Below the pieces are notes generated by a model. That model saw nothing but the letters and a program-made list of their open reading frames with translations, searched no databases and was not told where the DNA came from. A stretch of 64,000 nucleotides of DNA from a virus, in IMG/VR virus record IMGVR_UViG_3300036780_000414, positions 18,796 to 82,795 of that record; one strand, written 5' to 3'. Shown in pieces: positions 9,830 through 19,620 of this stretch (positions are counted from its first letter, which is position 1; each line of letters opens with the position of its first letter). The position numbers and the translations under genes are program-made.

Positions 9830-10010
9830 CCCCGAGCGGCGGGAGGATCAGGCCCTTGTCGATCGCGGCGAGCGTCGCGTAACCGTGGCTGATGCGGAGA
9901 AGCGCCGCCGTTTTCTCACCCTTGGTGTACGTGCTGGCCATGGTCAGCTCATGCGCTTCATGCAGCGCCCGTGCCGCGTCAGCGAGGTAGCCGCTGCCGT
10001 CGTAGCTCAC
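9801..10010 (-). CDS. Small helical protein, paralog of 10662..10844
   Basis: GTG overlaps the stop of the upstream gene; YATLAAIDK motif. Confidence 0.65.
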   Translation of the reverse strand: MSYDGSGYLADAARALHEAHELTMASTYTKGEKTAALLRISHGYATLAAIDKGLILPPLGGEPGDVDAS

Positions 10011-10612
10011 TGGGTCACCCCGCGCACGTGCTCGATAACCCAGCCGCCCGCCTGGTGGCCCATGCCGAGCACGTCGACGCGGGCTTGCGGGAACAGCAGG
10101 CTGCGCTCCTTGCACCACGCGGCTGCCAGCAGCAGCACTTCCATGAACGTCTTCTCGCCCAGTTCGTTCAGTGAAGAGAGGTACCGGCCGTCTGCCGCGA
10201 ACTTCAGGTATACGGCCACCAGTTGGTCCCGTTCCTGCGCGACGATGCTGAGGCCGCCGTCGTCGCAGCACCAGCCCCGGTCATGCACGATCAGGCCCGC
10301 CCCGACCAGGTACTCAGCGGCGGCGTCCACCGCGCTGGTAATCCCCGACGCCGGGAACTGCGTCACCTGCACACCGCCGGCGCCGGGCCGCCGTTCTATC
10401 ACCGCGCAGGCCAGCGCCAGGATGTCAGCCTCACTGACCCACAAGCCGGTGACCGGCTTGCCCCTGGCGTTGCGGATGACAACCGGCCACGGTTCCCCGT
10501 TGTCCGGCACCGTGACGCGCAGCGACTGAAGCGGCCGCACCGCGACGCCTGGTGGCGGTGACTCGGCCAGGATGAATACTTCCTGGCCGTGCTCGTTACT
10601 CAGGTTCTCCAT
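10007..10612 (-). CDS. Protein with C-terminal degenerate YraN-like domain
   Basis: AAEYL..AGL.VHDRGW...IVA...LVAV...RVDVLG...IEHVRG; catalytic D and ExK positions substituted. Confidence 0.6.
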   Translation of the reverse strand: MENLSNEHGQEVFILAESPPPGVAVRPLQSLRVTVPDNGEPWPVVIRNARGKPVTGLWVSEADILALACAVIERRPGAGGVQVTQFPASGITSAVDAAAEYLVGAGLIVHDRGWCCDDGGLSIVAQERDQLVAVYLKFAADGRYLSSLNELGEKTFMEVLLLAAAWCKERSLLFPQARVDVLGMGHQAGGWVIEHVRGVTQ

Positions 10613-10661
10613 CGTTCGTTCTCCCTCTCTCAGGGTCACCGGGCGGAGGTGCCCGGTGATG

Positions 10662-10844
10662 TCATAACGGTGACTTCGGGGTAAGCAGCGTTCCGGGTGG
10701 CAGGCGCTTGTCGATCGCGGCGAGGACCGCGTAGACGCGGGCGATGTCGATGTGCGCCTGAGCTGCGCTCCCCGGCGGCAACCCGGCCGCCGCCCGGCTG
10801 GCCTCAGTCAGCGCCTGCTCGGCCATGGCCTCGTACCTGGCCAT
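10662..10844 (-). CDS. Small helical protein, paralog of 9801..10010
   Basis: YAVLAAIDK motif; translationally coupled to the upstream YraN-like gene. Confidence 0.65.
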   Translation of the reverse strand: MARYEAMAEQALTEASRAAAGLPPGSAAQAHIDIARVYAVLAAIDKRLPPGTLLTPKSPL

Positions 10845-11305
10845 CAGCCCACCGCCCGAACGTGCTCGATCGTGCCGTCACCGAGGACGCCGATCACGTC
10901 CACCCGGATCCGGTCGGCCCGCCGGCCGTGCTGCTGCATCCACAGGGTGAGGAGCCGCCGCATGACCTGCTTCCTGACGTTGCTCATCCGGTCCAGCCGG
11001 CTCCCGTGGCGTTCCTTGTTGACCCGCAGGTCGACCGCGACCAGCACCCCGTGATCATCAGCGACCAGCGGCAGGCGGTAATCACCTTCTGACCAGTTGC
11101 GGTCCAGCACCGTGAACCCGCACTCGCCCAGATGCCTGACGGCCCGTGCCATCGCCGTGTCCGCGTCCCGGTGCCAGGTGACGTGCTTGATCTGGTCTGC
11201 CTGAGCCGGGTGGCAGTCGGTGCGCAGCTCACCTCGGTAACCGCACCTGGTGCACACGGCCCGGTGGAGGGTCTCCACGCTGACGGCGGTGTCCTGAATG
11301 GTCAC
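10844..11305 (-). CDS. CxxC/His motif plus degenerate YraN (UPF0102)-like domain
   Basis: HL...GFTVLDRNW, LVA...LVAVD, IRVDVIGV, IEHVRA are YraN hallmarks; EID and EVK replaced by RLP and DLR. Confidence 0.7.
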   Translation of the reverse strand: MTIQDTAVSVETLHRAVCTRCGYRGELRTDCHPAQADQIKHVTWHRDADTAMARAVRHLGECGFTVLDRNWSEGDYRLPLVADDHGVLVAVDLRVNKERHGSRLDRMSNVRKQVMRRLLTLWMQQHGRRADRIRVDVIGVLGDGTIEHVRAVG

Positions 11306-12489
11306 CGCAGGCGCTCCGTGGTGATCTTCGCAGTCTGGTTGAGGCGGCGGGTCACGGCAGCGCGCACCCGCTCGTCATCCGGGTAGACGCCGAGGTCCGC
11401 GAGGATGTAGCGGACTGTGTCCGCCAGCCGTTCCGCGCTGCGCTCCGCGGCCTCGGGCGTGTCAGGGCCTGCCCGCTCGATCACCCACTGGTCACCGGCC
11501 TCGACCACATGGGGGGCCTGCGCCATGGTGACCAGCGTGCGGGCCAGCCACCCCTGGTCGAAACGCTGCACGTACCTGCCGCCTTCGCGGGTGCGGAGGG
11601 TGACGGTGAACTCGCCGGGATCGGCCGGGTCGGTGATGCTGTCGAGGAACGCCGCGACGCCTGCCATGAACGCGGTCTCCTCGGCTGCTGCCCGCGCCGC
11701 CTCAGCCTCCTGCTCCTCGCCGGTTAGCTCAGCCGGCGGCGGGTTCAGCGCGGCCCACTGCTCGTAAGCCAGCCGGGGGTTCCAGCTGACCGTGGCCTGC
11801 CGGTGCGGCGTGCTGTGCTGCACTGTGTACGGGGCACCCTGCTCGATCACCAGGTGGACCCCGCTGTGGGTGGTGCCGCCTACCAGTGACATGACGCTGA
11901 GGGGAACGTCGCCTTGCGGCACCTCCCCTTCCGGCATCTTCACTGTCACGATCGCAGGGTGGCCAGTCTCGAACCGCACCACCTTCCCGTCTGCGAGTAC
12001 GGCGGTGAGCCGCACCTGGAGCGCCTTGGCCAGCAGGCCACCGTCCGGGTACGCGGTCAAATCAGGCATCTTGCTTGTCCCTCTCTCTTTCCGGTTCGCA
12101 TGCGCACCAGCCCATAGTGTGGGCGAGTGACCGCAGGTGCTGCTCCCGCCACCGCTCGTCGCGGTACCGCTCCCACACCGTCCAGTCCCACAGCCCGGCG
12201 CTGAGCACGGTGCGGGTCACCTGGTACGGGCGCCTGTGGGAGTAGGGCCACTCGGCTGAGGCCCGTGCCGCCTCTGCGGTGCAGTGCTCGCAGGTCATCG
12301 TCGTGCCGACCCGGCGCAGGCACGCAGGGTCACCCATCGACGCGGGCATCTGCGGGTGAAGCATCACGACGTGCTTGCAGTCGAGGACCGCCATCCAGTC
12401 CAGCAGCTCCTCACCGAGCATGTTGAGCACCATCAGCCCTCTCCCTCTCTCGGGGTTACCAGGCTCTTTCAGCGGGGTCTCACAACCCC

Positions 12490-12508
12490 AGTATACCGCA
12501 CACATGTT
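12490..12508 (-). promoter_or_regulatory. Repeated phage promoter/operator copy
   Basis: AACATGTG-TGCGG-TATACT, with CCCTAC 4 bp upstream. Confidence 0.75.
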
Positions 12509-13582
12509 AGGTGTAGGGGGGCAACAGGTTAGCGGGTATCGCTGCCGCCGCGTACCCGGCCACGGCGAGGCGCGCGTGCACCCACGCCAGGTCGTTGAGG
12601 GTCACCGCAGACTCGTAGCAGCTGTCCAGAATCCGGTCCAGCGTCCGGTAGTACGTGAAGGTACCCAGGTAGTCATCCGGCGGGATGGCATCGGCGGGCA
12701 CGTTCCCCAGCAGCAGGACACGGTTCGGGCTGCCCTGCTGCTGCGCGTACACGTCCCCGGTGTCCTGCACGTAGGAGACCCGCCACTCAGGCCAGTGATG
12801 GTCTCGGAGCCGCCAGTGGACACCGTAAGCAGCTTCCGGGCTGAACATCCGGCGGATGTCGTCCATCCAGAAGTCATCCAGGTTCTCGAACAGCACCCGG
12901 TGCGGCCCCGGCCGGTCCAGCTCAGCGGTCATCGTCTTCACCGGGCCTGCGGAGGCGCGGGACCGGCTTGAACGGCTCATTCGCCATGAGGTGGTCGATG
13001 GCCTCGTTCCTGGTTCGTGAGTCATCGCCGGGCAGCACAGCTACGGTGATCTTGTCCCGTGGCAGGCCGGTCACCTGCATCGCGTAGGTGATGGTCGCTG
13101 CCGCCTGCTCCGGGGCGGGCGGCCACGTGCTCGCGTCGACATAGACGGTGGCCTCGACCAGCTGGAGCGTCCGGCTGCGGGATTGCCGGCGGTACAGCGG
13201 CTGTATCCCCTCCACGTGCAGCAGGCCAAGGGTGATCTGTTCCACGACAGGATGTCCGATCGCCTGGGTGACGGGGTAGTCGGTCATAGCTTTTCCTCTC
13301 TCGGTGCCGCGCAGCTGCGCGGCTATTCCCTGATGGCCTGGTCCACGGGCACCAGGCCCGCCAGCCGCACGATGTCCGCGGACACCTTGCCGCCGGACAG
13401 CGCGTAGTACGCCTCCACGAATGAGCTGAACGCCGCCGGGTCATGCGGCTGGGCGTCACGGAACCGCTGCGGCAGCTCCCCGCCGCACGCGGTCACCAGG
13501 CGGTTGTAGCTGTCTACCAGCTGCCGCTGCCATTCACTGGCCAGCTTGATCACGATCATGTGCTGTTCCGGGTCGGCGCTCA

Positions 13583-14015
13583 TCCGGCTGGCTCCCATCC
13601 GCCGTCCCAGCCTGGCGTCATCGCGGGCTCAGTCGGCACGACGTACCCGGATGACATGATGCCGGCGGCGTCGATGCTGATAATCCGGGTGTCGCTGTCA
13701 TAGAGCACCAGCACGTCATCGTCGCCGGCGCTGCCCTCGAACACGTGGCAGGGGCCGGGTGAGTCAACGATCTCGTCGTCCTCCACCCGTGACCTGATGT
13801 CGTCCACGGCTGCCTGCTGCTGCGGTGTCATCCCTGTTCCTCCTTCGGCTCATGCAGCACTACCGATGCGGTCGCGGTCGGCATCGGCACGTTCCTGCAC
13901 GCGTAGCTGTTGTCGTCGTCCACCCACTCGTCCCCGTGCGGGCCTGGGCGCCAGTGCAGTCCCGCGCCGCAGTGCACGCAGGTACGGCCGTTCCGGCTGG
14001 CTCCCATCCGCCGTC
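13583..14015. repeat. 24-bp exact direct repeat (13583-13606 and 13992-14015)
   Basis: TCCGGCTGGCTCCCATCCGCCGTC occurs twice, 409 bp apart. Confidence 0.85.
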
Positions 14016-14396
14016 TGGCGTCTTCAGCCCGCCGCGCTGCGCACCACAGGCAGTCGGGCTCAGTACCGAAGTGCTCCTCCCCGTGGGTGAACTCGTCCCG
14101 GCCGAACTCGCGCCCGTGTTCCCACACCTCCGCGTAGATCTCCGCGAACGTCATGCCGTCCTTATTAGCCAGCGCCTCAGTGACCGCGTGCTGCCGGGCT
14201 GCGGCCTCGATGCTCAGCTCACTGCCGCCGCTGTCACCTGCCGCATGGCTGTGGTCCTGGTCGCCGGGGAACCTCTCGTGCTTCGCGTCGTGCGCCCACA
14301 CCAGGTCCTCAGCAGGCCGCCCGTCCGGGTGCGCGATGCTGGTCAGCCTGACGCCGGGGTGCCTCGCGGCCAGGTGCGCGCGCAGCTCGCCCTCGT

Positions 14397-15686
14397 TCAC
14401 GATCCTGTTCCCTCACTGGTCGCAGCCGCTGCGACGGGAGGCGTCGCGATGGTCGCAGGTGCGACGCTGCCGGTCTCAGCCTGCGTATCCGTGCGACTCT
14501 TAGCGTCGCGGGCGCGTATGTCGTGGATACGCTGCGGCTTCAGGGCTGGGTAGCCGTGGTCGCGGAGGTGTCGCAGTGCGACCAGGTTTGAGTCCGCTGC
14601 GTCGGGGACGTTCGCGAGTACCCAGCGGATTGCGTCGGACTGAGACATCTGCGTAAGGTCCGGCGGCGCGGGTGCGTCATCCCGGTCCTCGTCGTGCGTC
14701 TCCTCGTCCTCATCCTGGTCGCGGTCAGTGTCGCGGCGGGTCGCACTGCCGCCGCCGTGTGCGTCACTATCGGTCGCAGCGGGTGCAAGCTGAGACGCGG
14801 CGAGTGCCTTCGCGAGTCGCAGCTTGATCGCCTCACGCCACGCGTCGAACGCTTCCCCTGGCTGGCCGAGGCCCGGCACGAACACCAGCAGCCCCAGCCG
14901 GGGCAGCGGCTCAACCCGCTCACGGCTCTTGATCCCGTGCTGCGCGCGGCGTGCCTCTCTGCGGGCGGCAGAGAGCACCAGGTGAACGATTGTGTACGCG
15001 GCAAGGCTCATGACGGGGAAGAACACTTCGGCCGTCACGTTGCCGCTCTGGAGCGCGTAGCGCCAGTTAATCCAGGCGCCTGTTGCCACCAGGCCAGCGG
15101 ACACCACCCGGAAGCCGAAACCGGACTCGCCCTTGTCGATCTGCATCAGGGCAAGGAGGGTGCAGGCCAGGGCGGCAACATCGAGTGCGACCGGCACCAT
15201 CAGGGCGCGGACCCACAGCCAGTGCAGGTCATTCAGTGCCCACTCGTACTCGCCGGTCCAGCTCATGTACCCGACGCAGAACAGTACGGCAGCTAGCGCC
15301 GCGTATGCGGCGATGCGGCGGCCGGTAGTCGCAAACCCGACGCGCTCATAATGGCGGCCGGTCGCATGCGACACCAGCTCGCGTGCCCGCTTACGCAGTG
15401 CGTCCCTGGCTGAGTCACGCTGGTCGCGGCGGGCGGCCTTGCGTGCGTCACGTGAGACCCTGGGCTGCGTCGCCTTGCGACCGTGGGGCGTCGCAGGTGT
15501 CGCGGGCTGAGTTGCCGGTGACTCGGGTTGCGTAGCCGGTGCGACCGGCTGCGTCTCCTCTTGAGTACCCGGTGCGCCGGTTGCGTCAGCTGGTGGTGTC
15601 GCACCTGGGGCCGGATGGTCGCTGTCTTCCTCACGGTGTCGCAGCTGCGTCCACGGTGGTCGCAGCTCCGTCGGCTTGAGTCGCAT
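14397..15686 (-). CDS. DUF2637/SpdA-like multi-pass membrane protein
   Basis: About four TM helices with VPVALD and IN motifs, low-complexity flanks and a C-terminal helical domain. Confidence 0.65.
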   Translation of the reverse strand: MRLKPTELRPPWTQLRHREEDSDHPAPGATPPADATGAPGTQEETQPVAPATQPESPATQPATPATPHGRKATQPRVSRDARKAARRDQRDSARDALRKRARELVSHATGRHYERVGFATTGRRIAAYAALAAVLFCVGYMSWTGEYEWALNDLHWLWVRALMVPVALDVAALACTLLALMQIDKGESGFGFRVVSAGLVATGAWINWRYALQSGNVTAEVFFPVMSLAAYTIVHLVLSAARREARRAQHGIKSRERVEPLPRLGLLVFVPGLGQPGEAFDAWREAIKLRLAKALAASQLAPAATDSDAHGGGSATRRDTDRDQDEDEETHDEDRDDAPAPPDLTQMSQSDAIRWVLANVPDAADSNLVALRHLRDHGYPALKPQRIHDIRARDAKSRTDTQAETGSVAPATIATPPVAAAATSEGTGS

Positions 15687-15692
15687 GACTAC

Positions 15693-18320
15693 TCACCCCT
15701 CCCAGGCCACAGGCTCAGCGGTGATCGTCGTCCCCGGCCCGCGCACCCAGCGGGCCGCCGGCTTAACCTGGCGGCCGTCGATGCTCACCACGACACCGCC
15801 GGACTGGTACGCCTCGTACGCCCACAGGCCCGGCTCCTCGAACGTCACCAGGCGGGCGGTGACGAGTGCCTTGACCGGCAGGCTGTGCGGTGGGACCGCC
15901 ATCCGCAGGTCACGGACGACGCTGTAGTGCGCGCCTGCCTTCTGGAGCATCGCGTCAAGGTGGTTCTTCGTCTGGGCGACCGCGACCAGGTACGCCTGGC
16001 CGATGGTCCTGTCGCGGGTCAGCCACTCGTGCGGGACGATCGTCATGCCGCGTGAGACGTACAGCTTCATCGGTGCCCTCTCTCCCTGGGTAGTCATCGG
16101 TTGGCGTCTCCTGTCTCTCGGTTACTCACTGGTTTCGGTCAGCTTGACCTGGAAGGCGCGGGTAGTCCCGTTGGTGAGCTGCACGCGGATCACGGTCACC
16201 GTGGCGCTGACGGCCTCACCGGTGACCTCACTGACCTCGTCCGGCTGGCCGGTCAGCTCCGGGCGGGCCTGGCCGGTGACGAGTGCGTGCTGCACGGCGG
16301 CGGCGATCATCCGCTTCACGTCGTCGTCCAGCTCGTCCAGCTGCGGCAGGTGATTGAACCGCTTATCCGGGTTAGCCCTGTACGGTCGCGCCATCCGGTC
16401 CCCCCTCTTCTGCGGCCTGCGGGCTCTCGGGGAGCAGCTCAGCGCGGATCTTGCTGGTGCGCGTGAAGTAGCCGGCGGTGTCCTCGGGCGGCATGTCGGC
16501 TACCGCTGCCTCCCACTCGGAGCGCACTTGGTCAAGGTCACGCTGGAGCTGGAGGGTGCTGCGGTACAGCTCGACGGCCCTGGCCCCCTTCGCGCTCCAC
16601 GTGTGCCTGGCGACGCCCCTCAGCGGGCGACCCTCAGCAGGTGCGGTTTCCTCCTGGGTTGGGGTGTCCTCGGTGCCTGTCATGCGGTGATCCTCCTAGT
16701 TGGCCCGCCGGATCTTCATCCGGTAGTCAGCGACGATGGCGTCCACCGTCTCGGTGGTGGTGCCATACTCGATCCCGGTCCGCGCCGGGGTCCACCCGTG
16801 CATCAGCACGGCCTCAGCGACCGCTGTCAGGTAGGTGGCGGTGTGGTTCTCCCAGCCGGGGTCTACCTTGGCGGCGACCGTGCGCAGCGGCATGCGGCGC
16901 ATCCAGTCGGTGAGCTTGTTCGCGTCGTAGCCGGTGCCGTCGCCGTCGAGCACGTCACCCAGGGTGGTTAGCATCCGGTCGGCGCTGGCGGTGGCACCGC
17001 GCTCAGGCAGCTGATGCTGGGCGGCCAGTGCGCGTACCCGGCTTACCTGCTCAGCTGTCGGCCTGGTGCTGGCGTCGTAGTGGCGGGTGATCGACCCCCG
17101 CGCGCTGCGGCGCGGCACTACCGGTCACCCTCACGGGTTATCGCCATCATGTTCGGTTCCCTCTCTCGCCCGTTACGCTACCACGCACACGTGGGTTTTA
17201 GCGGGCTTACTCACTGTGCGGCCAGCAGGTCGTTGCTCTCGTCATGCGGCTGACATCCGCATGACAGCCGCACCCAGTAGCAGGAACCGCCTGCGAAGCC
17301 GGTGTAGCTGCCCCAGTCCATGACGTTGACCTGCCCGTGCTTCGGGCACTCGTCCTCGTCCTCGTTGTCGTCGGTCCAGTCGTGCCAGTCGGCGGCGTCC
17401 AGGCCGAGCGCGGCGGGGCTGATCACCTGGTAACCCTGGCAGCCGATCACGACTGCGCCGTTGGCGACGACGTGCCGCCTGGTGCCGGTGACCACGACGA
17501 CGTAGCTATCGGTCACCGGGCTGCCGTCAGCGCGCACCAGCTCCTCGCACTCGGGGCAGGTGCTGGTGCGCCACCGGCCGATCACGGTCAGGTCTGCGCT
17601 GAGCGCGGCGTTCAGGTAGGCGGCCTGGTCGGTGGTCTTGTAAGGCTTCATGGGCTGGTTTCCTCTCTCGGGCGGGGTCAGTTGACGCGGGGGACGTACC
17701 GGATGGGCTGGCCGTCCTGGTGGCGGGCGCCGGCGCTGGCCCAGCGGTTGTTCCGCTCGGCCGACTGGCGGGCCAGGGTCAGTTCCTGCTGCTCGGGGCT
17801 CAGCACGTCGTGGAATACGCAGTCCAGGTAAGCCTCTTCCAGGTCTGCTACCGTGCCGCGCATCCAGTAGTTCGCTTCCACGGTCACGCGGGGGAGGTGC
17901 AGCGATATCGCGCTTAGCAGCTCGCGCTTGGTCATCCCCATGGTGGGCTTCCTGCGTACTCGCCCTCTGGTGTCTCGCATGCTGCTCGTCTCCTCTGCTG
18001 CCCGGTTACCGGGCTTGGTGGTCCGCCGCCGCCAGGCAGCGCTTGCAGGTGACCGGCTTGGCGGTCTCCCGGTAGGTGGTGCGCTTGCGGCCTGTGGTCC
18101 CGAGGCCGGTGCTGTGACCGGGCTGGCACAGGGGCCGCTTGCCGCTTGGCATCGGTGCGTGCACGGCTCCCCCGGTGACTGCGGTCAGGTTCGTCACGGG
18201 GTCACCTCCCTTGGCGTCGCGTCGCAGGCTGGCCTGGTCTCGGCAGTCCGCGCAGTAGGCCAGGAAGTGCAGCTCGCACTGCTCACCGCTGGTCCAGGCG
18301 GTCACGGTCATTGCGGTCAC
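15693..18320 (-). other. Run of small hypothetical ORFs (15693-16097, 16122-16394, 16372-16683, 16696-17118, 17211-17651, 17678-17980, 18006-~18320)
   Basis: Minus-strand ORFs with RBS; several carry CxxC motifs. Confidence 0.6.
17175..17193 (-). promoter_or_regulatory. Repeated phage promoter/operator copy (variant)
   Basis: CACGTGTG-CGTGG-TAGCGT followed by GAGAGAGGG RBS. Confidence 0.65.
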
Positions 18321-18346
18321 TGGGGGCCTCTCTCTCTTACAACCCC

Positions 18347-18365
18347 AGTATACCACCCACATGTG
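18347..18365 (-). promoter_or_regulatory. Repeated phage promoter/operator copy
   Basis: CCCTAC-like TCCTAC-TCCT-CACATGTG-GGTGG-TATACT; 18345-18374 is identical to 39125-39154. Confidence 0.8.
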
Positions 18366-18497
18366 AGGAGTAGGAGGGGGCGGGGAGGTAAGTTACGGCA
18401 GCTCACACGTTGGCCCTGCTAGGATCTGCATCACCACGCACGTGAGGGAAAGGAAGCGCCCGCCCTGTCCCCCGCGCACAGAGAGAGGAAGCACCAG

Positions 18498-19268
18498 ATG
18501 CCTAACAGGCGTGCCGTCATCGCACTCGCGTCAGCGGGTGCCCTCGCAGCCGCGATCCCGCTCACGCTCACCGCGTCCAGCGCCAGCGCCGTCACCGTCC
18601 AGTGCCAGAACACGCCCCGGCCCGTATCCGGTCCCGTAGGGTGCGGGACGTTCTTCCTCCCGCAGGTCGGCTACCCGCACGCCACCAGCGCCCTCGCGCT
18701 CAGCGCCGCCGGGTCCAGCTTCGGCAGCCGCGCCGAGGTCGAGCCGATGAACGGCAGCCCGATGCAGGACTGGACCGCCTACCAGGTCTGCACCGGCCTC
18801 ACCCAGGACCGTTCCGCGGCCGCCCCGTGCGGCTCAGGCGGGAAGGTCGTCGCCGGGGAACTCGTGCTGCGGCTGTCTCCCGGCGGCACGCAGCCCGCCG
18901 GGGGTGTCAACAGCTTCCACTCGCTGTGCCTGGTAGACGACAACGGCCGGGTGGGGCTCGGCTGGTGCCAGTCCGGGGCGGCGTTCTACGACGAAGGGTT
19001 CCCCAACCCGCCGGACAGCAACGGGGTCCCGCCGGTTGTCAGCCGTCCGAACCCGTCCGAGACGTGGAAGCTCGTCAAGGCGGGCAAGGCCGTCATCATG
19101 GTCAACGTGTACTCCGGTCGCGCGCTCGACGACGCGGCGAACGGCGGCCCGTCGCACAAGCTGATCACGTACGAGCGGAACGGCCTGGCAGACCAGGACT
19201 GGGAGACGGCCGGCTGCACGGCACCGTACACTAGCGAGCCCGGCGCGTACGGCTGCATCACCGGGTAG
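18498..19268 (+). CDS. Secreted ricin-B (beta-trefoil) lectin-like protein
   Basis: Signal peptide with NRRAVI and SASA cleavage site; QDW motifs, VNVYSGRALD; GAGAGAGG RBS; opposite strand to its neighbours. Confidence 0.7.
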   Translation: MPNRRAVIALASAGALAAAIPLTLTASSASAVTVQCQNTPRPVSGPVGCGTFFLPQVGYPHATSALALSAAGSSFGSRAEVEPMNGSPMQDWTAYQVCTGLTQDRSAAAPCGSGGKVVAGELVLRLSPGGTQPAGGVNSFHSLCLVDDNGRVGLGWCQSGAAFYDEGFPNPPDSNGVPPVVSRPNPSETWKLVKAGKAVIMVNVYSGRALDDAANGGPSHKLITYERNGLADQDWETAGCTAPYTSEPGAYGCITG

Positions 19269-19317
19269 GACCAGGGACGTGCGCGGATCACGGGAGGCTG
19301 GTGCCGGCGCCCGTGGG

Positions 19318-19508
19318 AGTACCAGGTACGCAGCAGAAGCACCCGGCGCGGGTGAGGTGGCCACCGGCCCCGCGCCTAGCCTGGGGTTGTAAAGCCTCGT
19401 GAGCCCCCGCCAACGCGCTGGTCTCCTACGGGAGGGTAAAAGGGGCGGCAGATGACCGGGGCAAGTGGCGAGGAAGGGTGACGGGCGCTCCTGCTGCGGC
19501 CTGGTGCT
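19318..19508. ncRNA. Putative structured non-coding RNA
   Basis: ORF-poor interval; 19318-19345 can pair with 19482-19508 (~27-bp imperfect stem), enclosing internal hairpins; strand unresolved. Confidence 0.4.
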
Positions 19509-19511
19509 GAC

Positions 19512-19560
19512 AAAAGACGCGAGACGCCCCCTGCTTTCCGCTCAGGGGGCGTCTCGTTTT
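19512..19560. terminator. Bidirectional intrinsic terminator
   Basis: AAAAGACG-CGAGACGCCCCCTG-loop-CAGGGGGCGTCTCG-TTTT. Confidence 0.8.
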
Positions 19561-19620
19561 ACCGGCTAAGACCAGCTCCCGTGCTGGGAGCGGCAGATCG
19601 AGCCTGGCTGGCCGCCGGGC

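Larger units (their letters stand above)
11302..14400 (-). other. Run of small hypothetical ORFs (11302-12069, 12062-~12433, 12507-~12932, 12922-13287, 13323-13583, 13580-13831, 13828-14400)
   Basis: Coupled minus-strand ORFs, several with GAGAGA-type RBS. Confidence 0.6.

Noticed and set aside
19269-19620. tRNA, tmRNA or hammerhead ribozyme in the intergenic gap
   Set aside because: No T-loop GTTCRA, cloverleaf or CTGANGA/GAAA core recognised; kept only as an unclassified structured-RNA candidate
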